DNA of 64,000 nt from an uncultured virus (IMG/VR IMGVR_UViG_3300028179_000157) (taxonomy: Duplodnaviria > Heunggongvirae > Uroviricota > Caudoviricetes): the IMG/VR virus record IMGVR_UViG_3300028179_000157; one strand, written 5' to 3'. Shown here piece by piece: positions 57,318 to 64,000 of this stretch. Both the position numbers and the translations under genes were made by a program. The notes under the pieces were generated by a model that was given only the letters and a program-made list of their open reading frames with translations, did not search any database and was not told where the DNA came from. Every line of letters begins with the position of its first letter. The stretch's first letter is position 1.

Positions 57318-58970
57318 GTGAATCGGCTCGACACACCATTCAATGTCAGTATTCTGGAGATTACTCCGGAGCGACTGAAAAAGATCCAGCCTGTTACCAG
57401 CCTGGACATCTACGAGTCGGTCGGCGGTCCGTTGCATGAAGACGGTCTGTTCTCGCTGAAAATCTTCGGTCGTATCGGTGACCCGGCGCGCGATGGGCGC
57501 TTTGCCTACATCGACGTGAAGGTGCCGATCTTCCACCCGTTCATCTACCGTACCATCGTCAAGCTGAAGGGTTTGTACGGCGGTATCCTGACCGGGCAGG
57601 CTTACGCTGTCTGGAACGATGAGCTGAAGGATTTCGAATCCTCCAACGAAATCGATGGCCAGACGGGGTTCCGCTTCTTTATGCGGCACTTCAAGGACAT
57701 CCAGTACAAGGAGAACAAGTCGGACTTGCGTTCGGCTCGTATCGCCTTGATCAAGAAGTTCGTGGATCGGGCAACCACCACGAAGGTACTGGTCCTGCCT
57801 GCTGGTCTGCGTGATATCGAAACCGACGACGCCGGTCGTACGACCTACGATGAAATCAACGACATCTACTCCCGCCTGCTGAGCATCTCGCGCACGGTGG
57901 TGCAGACTGACTACGATGACATCGGCCCGTCCGTCAACCTGCCGCCTCTGCTGCTGCAGCGCACGTTCAACGATCTGTACGAGTACATCGAACGGATCAT
58001 CACCGGCAAGAAGGGCTTCATCCAGAAGAAGTGGGGTTCGCGTCGTGTCTTCAACGGCACGCGTAACGTCATCACTGCGATGGACACCTCCGCTGCCGTG
58101 TTGGGCGCTCCCAATGCACCGAAGTTCTCCGACACGGTGGTTGGCCTGTACCAGCAGTCCAAGGCGATCCTGCCCAAGTCCATCCACGCACTTCGCTACA
58201 GCTACCTGCCCGAAATCTTCGCTGCCGGTGCCAACCAAGGCTACCTGGTCAACCCGAAGACGTTGGAGTCGGAGCTGGTCGAACTGCGTCCGGACGACTA
58301 CGATCGCTTCAACTCCACCGAAGGGTTGGAGAAGGTGATCTCCAGCTACGGTGAACTGCGTCTGCGTGACCGTCCTGTTCGCCTGGGCCGCAAGGGTCAT
58401 TACTTGGCGCTGGTCTACACCGGCCCGGACATGACCTTCAAGGTGTTCAGCGACATTCGCGATCTGCCCTCAACTCGTGACCGCAAGGACGTCCGTCCGA
58501 TCACCCTGGCAGAGTTCATCTATCTGTCCGGCTACAAGATCTGGAACAACGACGGCGCCTTTGTGACGCGTTATCCGGTTACGGGTATCGGTTCGAGTTA
58601 CCCCTCCACGGTCTACACCAAAACCACCACCCGTGGTGAGGTGCGTCGTGAACTGGGTCCGGACTGGGAACCGCTGGATGAGTCGCACACCGCGATGGAA
58701 TACCCGATCCTCACCCCGGCCCTGTGGCTGGATGCGCAGGTCATCCCCACTGCCCGCGTGTCAGGCATGGGCGCTGACTTCGACGGTGACATGTGTAACT
58801 TCACCTCGGTGTACTCCGAGGAAGGCGTCCGTGAGATTCTGTCGGTACTCAACACCAAGCGTGCCTTCATCGATCCTCGCGGAGGCATGAACGCATCCGT
58901 TGACGTGCAGATGGTGAACATGGTCCTGCACAATCTCACCAGCACCCCCAAGAGCTTGGCCAAAAGCTAA
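57318..58970 (+). CDS. rpoC: Virion RNA polymerase beta' subunit, N-terminal part (phiKZ gp180-like)
   Basis: GLFS.KIFG, VLPAGLRD, GKKG.I......RR....R.VI, R.P, catalytic GADFDGD. Confidence 0.93.
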   Translation: MNRLDTPFNVSILEITPERLKKIQPVTSLDIYESVGGPLHEDGLFSLKIFGRIGDPARDGRFAYIDVKVPIFHPFIYRTIVKLKGLYGGILTGQAYAVWNDELKDFESSNEIDGQTGFRFFMRHFKDIQYKENKSDLRSARIALIKKFVDRATTTKVLVLPAGLRDIETDDAGRTTYDEINDIYSRLLSISRTVVQTDYDDIGPSVNLPPLLLQRTFNDLYEYIERIITGKKGFIQKKWGSRRVFNGTRNVITAMDTSAAVLGAPNAPKFSDTVVGLYQQSKAILPKSIHALRYSYLPEIFAAGANQGYLVNPKTLESELVELRPDDYDRFNSTEGLEKVISSYGELRLRDRPVRLGRKGHYLALVYTGPDMTFKVFSDIRDLPSTRDRKDVRPITLAEFIYLSGYKIWNNDGAFVTRYPVTGIGSSYPSTVYTKTTTRGEVRRELGPDWEPLDESHTAMEYPILTPALWLDAQVIPTARVSGMGADFDGDMCNFTSVYSEEGVREILSVLNTKRAFIDPRGGMNASVDVQMVNMVLHNLTSTPKSLAKS

Positions 58971-58994
58971 GCTCTTTCAGAGCGAGACATTTCC

Positions 58995-61900
58995 ATGATG
59001 CTGTTCCCCGCATACTACCGACGCTTCGGCGTGCGTCGTGCCAGTGAACTTGCCAAGCCCAAGCTGAGCAAGACGCTGCTGATGCAGTTGCCGATCAACT
59101 CGATCCTGCACTATGTGCCGGAAGATGAAGTGTCCTACGGTATCTCCACCGAAGACCCGCTGCTGCGACACGAGCGTCGTATGGTGCAGGTGGATTCGGT
59201 GACCGAGCTGACCTCGCGTCTGGGCGCTCCGCGTCCGCTGCCGATTCCTCCGCAGAAGCTGATCCGCGACTACCATCAACGCTACCGCCGTACTCGCCCG
59301 CTGAAGAACATCGATGCGGTGATGCGTGACCCGCGGACGCTGTTGGTGTACAACTACGCCATCCTCAGCCATACCTCGCGCTACCTGGGCAACTTCTTCG
59401 CCGGGTACAACAAGTGGTACAACATCAACTCCACTTGCTGGCAGAAGGTCAGTGAAACGGCCAAGTTCAATCGCCAGAACTTCCTGGTGTGCAAGCTGCC
59501 GGACACGATCCCTTCGATGACCCAGCTGCGCCGTGGCATGAAGGACATGACCCGCTCCACGTTGCAGATCTTCGATTCGCCGGAGAAGCTGTTCATCCTG
59601 GAGCTGTGGAAGTGGCTGGGTCCGGAACGCCATACCTCCATGCTCGCGCAGGTCGCTGCCGAGGACATGAAGCACGTCAACCTGATCTGGCAGGAGTCGG
59701 ACAGTTGGTTCGTGTTGAACCTGGGCCTGCTCGATGGCTGGCGCAAGCCGAGCGATCTGGAAGTTGAGAACGGCGTACCGGCTCGTAGTGGTCTGCCGGC
59801 CGAGAACATGCAGCGCCGTCTGCTGGCCATGCTGATCAACTTGCAGGAGGCCCGTACCGAAGTCGAACCTGCCATCATCTCTGATGACACCACCCAGTGG
59901 GTTTCCGAAGACGACGTCTCCGCGTTGGAACTGGAAGAGCAGGCCGAGATCGAAGCGCTGGCTGACCGTCCCGATCCCAAGTCCATGTCCGCTGACGACA
60001 AGGCTGCCGAGAAGGCACTGCTGCGTGATGCGGCTGTCATCTCGTTCGCCCCGGAAGACTTCGTGCTCGATGAGAGTGAGGAAGAGACCGCTCAGATCGA
60101 AGGCACGATCGATGATGACATGGATGCACTGGAGCGCCTCGCTGCCGATGTTGAGAAGGCGCGCGTGGAGATGGATGCTGCCGGTGCCCGTGGTGATGGC
60201 GTGGACAACCCCGCAGGCGTGGCTGTAAAGCCGCCGGAGCCCGAGCGTACCCGCGCTGAGGAACTGGTAGCGGGTGTGGCTGAACGTGCCCGTGGGCAGG
60301 CCCTGTACGGCCGTATGTCCGCAGCTGAACTGCGTCGTTTCGAAACGCTGGCCAAGTCCTTCATGGACATTCCCAACCCGATCGGTGGGGAAGGCTCGCT
60401 GGCTGATTTCATCGAGATCAAGCCGGAAGAGATGCAGATCGATCAGCAGGCTGTCCAGTTCGCTGACATCCCCACGGTCTACGACAAGTCCATGCTGCAG
60501 TCCACGTTGTCGGACTTCACCCCGCGTTATGTCGAGCAGTATTTGCAGAAGCACATCGCCGGTATGGTGATGGGCATGCAGAACGCTGGCGTGGCTGTGA
60601 CGCAGTACACCATGGAACCGCACGTCGATGCGATGAACGACTACAACGCCTACACCGTGCGTCTGACGCCCGTTGATGGCAAGCCGTCCACGCTTCGCTT
60701 CCGTCTGCCCCGTGTCCGCAAGGATGGCACCTACCTGGCCAACGGTGTTCGCTATCGTCTGGCTACCCAGCGTAACGAGCTGCCGATCCGCAAGGTGAAC
60801 AGCCGTCGTGTGGCGCTGTCCAGCTACTACGGCAAGCTGTCGGTCTCGCGCAACGACAACGTCAAGTTCAACCTGACCAACTGGCTGGGCAATCGCATTG
60901 CAGCAGCTGGCAATGATCAGGAAGACAAGAGCATCACTGATCTGCGTCAGGGCACCGTGTTCGATCACGAGCTGCGAGTCCCGCGCATCTACAGCCAGAT
61001 GTCTCAGCGTTTCCGTTCGTTCACCGTGGAGGCTGGCATCCATCTGTTCTTCGACCACAGCTCGCGCTTGAATGAGCTGAAGGGTAAGGATGGCGAGGAC
61101 GGTGAGCTGCTGCAGATCGAAGCGGTCAACAAGGGCGTGCTGTGCGGCTACCGGATCAGCGACAAGAAGCCGGTGTTCGTCGATGACACCAACACGTTCT
61201 ACGTGTGGGAGAATGCAGAGCAGATCATCGCCCTCGGTGACATCTTCACCCTGACCGGGTTGGAGCGTGCCAAGTCGCCGGTGGAAATGATCGAGCTGAC
61301 TGTGTTCGACCGTGACCTGCCGCTGGGTATGGTACTGGCCTACTACGTGGGTCTGGAAACGCTGCTGAGCGAACTGCGTCTGAACCCGCGCCGCGTCCCG
61401 CGTGGCGAGCGTGCTCATCTTGCCGAGGACGAGTTCTCGGTGGTGTTCAACGATGAGACGCTGGTGTTCAAGCGCGATGGTTCGGTTGCATCGATGCTGA
61501 TGGTTGGCTTCAACGTCTACGAGAAGTCCATCCGCAACTACAGCGTGTACAACTTCGACCAGAAGGACATCTTCTACACCGTGTTGGAAAACAACGGCGT
61601 GGGTGTTCGCTATATCCGCGAGTTGGAGTCGATCAAGGATCTGTTCCTCGACCCGATCACCGTGGACGTCCTGAAGGAAATGGGCGAGCCGGTCAAGTTC
61701 ATCCCGCTGCTGCAACGTGCTGCTGAACTATTGCAGACCGATTGGTCCCCGCAGGAAACCGATACCGACTACCAACGCTTCCGTGGTTACGAGCGTATGG
61801 CCGGCGCGGTGTACAACGAACTGGCGCGTGCTGTGCGTACGTTCCGTGCTCGTCCGGGCGCCACTGGCGGCGCTGTTGAAATGTCGCCCAACTCGGTCTG

Positions 61901-63362
61901 GATGGCAATCGCCAAGGATACCTCCCAGCGCATCGTGGAGGAAGCCAATCCGATCCACAACCTGAAAGAAATCGAAGAAGTCACCTTCAGTGGTACGGGT
62001 GGTCGTTCGGGTCGTTCGATGGTGAAGCGTTCGCGCGTCTACCACCGCAATGACAAGGGCAAGATCTCCGAGGCAACGAAGGACTCCGGCGAAGTGGCAA
62101 TCACGACGTCGTTTGCTCCCAACCCGTTGCTGACGAACCTGTATGGCATGTCGCGCCACTACATCAAGGGTAGCGATGGTCCTGCATCGATCTTCTCCAC
62201 TCCGGCGATGCTCTCGCCCACCATCGATCGTGATGACCCCAAGCGTGTGAACTTTGCGAGTATTCAGCACTCGCGCTCGATCGCTGCCGAAGGTTATCGT
62301 CCCACTCCGTTGCGTACCGGCTATGAGCAGGTTATCGCTCAGCGTACCTCGGATCTGTTTGCCAAGGCGGCAGAGAAGGACGGTCGGGTGGTGAGTGTCA
62401 ATGAAGACGCCATCCTGGTTGAATATGAGGACGGCACGACTGACAGCGTGGAACTGGGGCGTCGCTTTGGCATCATGGCCGGCTCGACGATCCCGCATCA
62501 GCTGGAAACGATGTTGAAGGCTGGTGACACGTTCAAGCGTGGTGCCAACATCGCGTTCAACTCGATGTTCTTCGAGAAAGACCTGTACAACAAGAGCAAC
62601 GTGGTGTGGAAGGCTGGCGTACTCGGCCGAGTCGCACTGATGGAAAGTGTGGATACCTTCGAAGATTCCTCGGTTGTCTCTGGACGGATGACCAAGGAGC
62701 TCACTGCAAACGTTACCAAGGTTCGCGATATCCAGTTGTCCTTCGATCAGCAGATCACGGACTTCGTGAGCGTGGGTGACGTGGTGGACGTCGAAAGTAT
62801 TCTATGCACCATCGAAGAGTCGACGACTGCCGACAACAAGCTGTTCGATGCAGAGTCCCGCGAAACACTGCGGCTGCTGTCGTCGCAGACTCCGCGCGCA
62901 AAGGCGCACGGTGTCGTCGAAAGGATCGAAGTGCTTTACCATGGCGAGATCGAGGACATGTCCCCGTCTCTGGCAAAGGTCGCTCGTGCGTCGGATTCGG
63001 CGCGTCGGAGCCTGGCCAAGGCATCTGGTCAGCCCTACGTTTCGGGCATGGTCGATGACTCGCTCAGCATCGGTGGTCGCCCGCTGTTGATGGACAACCT
63101 TATCATCAAGGTCTACATCACCGGCAAGTCGCCCGCAGGTGTTGGTGGCAAGATCGTTCTGGGCAATCAGTTGAAGTCCATCATCGGCCGTGAAATGTCC
63201 GGTGTGAACAGGACGCTGGATGGTCAGGCAATCGATCTGTTCTTCGGGTACAAGAGTGTCAACGCGCGTATCGTGATGTCTCCTGCCTACATCGGCACGA
63301 CCAACACGATCATGATCACCGTTTCAAAGATGATGGCCGAGATCTACAGAGGGAACAAATGA
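58995..63362 (+). CDS. rpoB: Virion RNA polymerase beta subunit, N-terminal part (phiKZ gp178-like)
   Basis: DGTY..NG.R, G.GGRS, YH.ND.G.ISEAT.DSG.V, DDPKR..FASIQ, FEDS.VVS, G.KI..GNQLK.II. Confidence 0.92.
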   Translation: MMLFPAYYRRFGVRRASELAKPKLSKTLLMQLPINSILHYVPEDEVSYGISTEDPLLRHERRMVQVDSVTELTSRLGAPRPLPIPPQKLIRDYHQRYRRTRPLKNIDAVMRDPRTLLVYNYAILSHTSRYLGNFFAGYNKWYNINSTCWQKVSETAKFNRQNFLVCKLPDTIPSMTQLRRGMKDMTRSTLQIFDSPEKLFILELWKWLGPERHTSMLAQVAAEDMKHVNLIWQESDSWFVLNLGLLDGWRKPSDLEVENGVPARSGLPAENMQRRLLAMLINLQEARTEVEPAIISDDTTQWVSEDDVSALELEEQAEIEALADRPDPKSMSADDKAAEKALLRDAAVISFAPEDFVLDESEEETAQIEGTIDDDMDALERLAADVEKARVEMDAAGARGDGVDNPAGVAVKPPEPERTRAEELVAGVAERARGQALYGRMSAAELRRFETLAKSFMDIPNPIGGEGSLADFIEIKPEEMQIDQQAVQFADIPTVYDKSMLQSTLSDFTPRYVEQYLQKHIAGMVMGMQNAGVAVTQYTMEPHVDAMNDYNAYTVRLTPVDGKPSTLRFRLPRVRKDGTYLANGVRYRLATQRNELPIRKVNSRRVALSSYYGKLSVSRNDNVKFNLTNWLGNRIAAAGNDQEDKSITDLRQGTVFDHELRVPRIYSQMSQRFRSFTVEAGIHLFFDHSSRLNELKGKDGEDGELLQIEAVNKGVLCGYRISDKKPVFVDDTNTFYVWENAEQIIALGDIFTLTGLERAKSPVEMIELTVFDRDLPLGMVLAYYVGLETLLSELRLNPRRVPRGERAHLAEDEFSVVFNDETLVFKRDGSVASMLMVGFNVYEKSIRNYSVYNFDQKDIFYTVLENNGVGVRYIRELESIKDLFLDPITVDVLKEMGEPVKFIPLLQRAAELLQTDWSPQETDTDYQRFRGYERMAGAVYNELARAVRTFRARPGATGGAVEMSPNSVWMAIAKDTSQRIVEEANPIHNLKEIEEVTFSGTGGRSGRSMVKRSRVYHRNDKGKISEATKDSGEVAITTSFAPNPLLTNLYGMSRHYIKGSDGPASIFSTPAMLSPTIDRDDPKRVNFASIQHSRSIAAEGYRPTPLRTGYEQVIAQRTSDLFAKAAEKDGRVVSVNEDAILVEYEDGTTDSVELGRRFGIMAGSTIPHQLETMLKAGDTFKRGANIAFNSMFFEKDLYNKSNVVWKAGVLGRVALMESVDTFEDSSVVSGRMTKELTANVTKVRDIQLSFDQQITDFVSVGDVVDVESILCTIEESTTADNKLFDAESRETLRLLSSQTPRAKAHGVVERIEVLYHGEIEDMSPSLAKVARASDSARRSLAKASGQPYVSGMVDDSLSIGGRPLLMDNLIIKVYITGKSPAGVGGKIVLGNQLKSIIGREMSGVNRTLDGQAIDLFFGYKSVNARIVMSPAYIGTTNTIMITVSKMMAEIYRGNK

Positions 63363-63562
63363 GCGACATCAACCTGCAAGACACCAATCAGGCCGTGGCC
63401 AGCAACGCCATCGCACTGATCTGCGCCGTCACCAAGCGGGTGGCCGGCAATTCGGCCTCCAACCGCATCGACGGTCAGACCATCACCGACGGCTCGCTGG
63501 CTCTGGTAGTCGGCGGCAAGCTTCAGAACAAGCTGGCGCCCGTCAGCAAGAGCGAGGGCTAA
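63359..63562 (+). CDS. Small hypothetical protein
   Basis: ATGA overlap with the RNAP beta stop; codon-biased 67 aa. Confidence 0.6.
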   Translation: MSDINLQDTNQAVASNAIALICAVTKRVAGNSASNRIDGQTITDGSLALVVGGKLQNKLAPVSKSEG

Positions 63563-63566
63563 GGCC

Positions 63567-64000
63567 ATGCTGAACGATTCCTCCGTAGGGGCCAGCTACG
63601 CGCTGGCCGACCGTCTGGCCAGCCGTGGCGAGCGCATGGGTGCCATCGACGGCACTCCGCTGGCCTCGCTGCTGAACGCGTGCTACGTCGACGTCCCGCG
63701 TGGCGAAGGCGACACCGAACTGCAGGCGCCGTACGTCCTCAACAGCCGTCGTGTCGATGAACGTGGCGTGTGCGAGCATGACCTGGTGATGGAAGAAGCG
63801 GCGAGCGTCATTGCCGAGACCACCATCAAGAACCTGGACTGGGCCCGTGACGTGGTCGTTCCGACCATCGATGAAGTGCTGGCCGGTGTGGACAAGTACG
63901 TCGCCGAGCGTATCGGCGGCCTGAGCGACGCTGTCCGCGTGGAACCGCAGTTCTGGCCGCGCATCTGGGACAACCCGATGCTGTCGGAAATGGTCGCCCC
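63567..64000 (+). CDS. Hypothetical protein, 3'-truncated
   Basis: ATG at 63567, open to the window end (MLNDSSVGASYALADRLA...GTPLASL...EHDLVMEEA); absent from the ORF track because it has no stop. Confidence 0.7.
   Translation, partial: MLNDSSVGASYALADRLASRGERMGAIDGTPLASLLNACYVDVPRGEGDTELQAPYVLNSRRVDERGVCEHDLVMEEAASVIAETTIKNLDWARDVVVPTIDEVLAGVDKYVAERIGGLSDAVRVEPQFWPRIWDNPMLSEMVA

Noticed and set aside
334..61715. Many long antisense ORFs (e.g. 334-2268, 7529-10159, 23032-26361, 35796-38321, 51700-54789, 58977-61715)
   Set aside because: They mirror real genes on the opposite strand, as expected from strong GC3/RNY codon bias, and show no motifs or convincing RBS
57318..63362. Inteins or introns in RNAP genes
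   Set aside because: No intein splice motifs, homing endonuclease motifs or frame breaks seen
1..64000. Alternative genetic code or stop-codon reassignment
   Set aside because: Genes are full length under the standard code, and TAA, TGA and TAG all terminate genes

Overview
This window is a segment of a GC-rich phiKZ-like (nucleus-forming type) jumbo phage genome. It covers the tail/baseplate region and the virion RNA polymerase region. Diagnostic genes are split multisubunit RNAP beta/beta' subunits (DFDGD catalytic motif), a 2423-aa tail protein with a lytic transglycosylase domain, RuvC, RNase H, an SbcC/Rad50 ATPase and a divergent RecA/UvsX. The most notable structure: (1) a tandem array of seven tail-gene paralogs with a conserved ~150-aa N-terminal module and hypervariable C-terminal domains that still share a faint common scaffold; the same N-module recurs in two flanking genes. 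(2) Two fibre proteins built of exact 61-aa NPH repeats, and a trio of paralogs in which the short member lacks a ~700-aa central insert. (3) A family of intergenic GC hairpins flanked by CGGCATA/TATGCC instead of U-tracts. (4) A recurring WATSNTATR candidate late-promoter motif. (5) A SLOG gene plus tandem NADAR-like genes, a possible NAD/ADP-ribose counter-defence cluster. No tRNA, rRNA, CRISPR array, reverse transcriptase or transposase was recognised. Homology calls come from recalled motifs and synteny, not from database searches.
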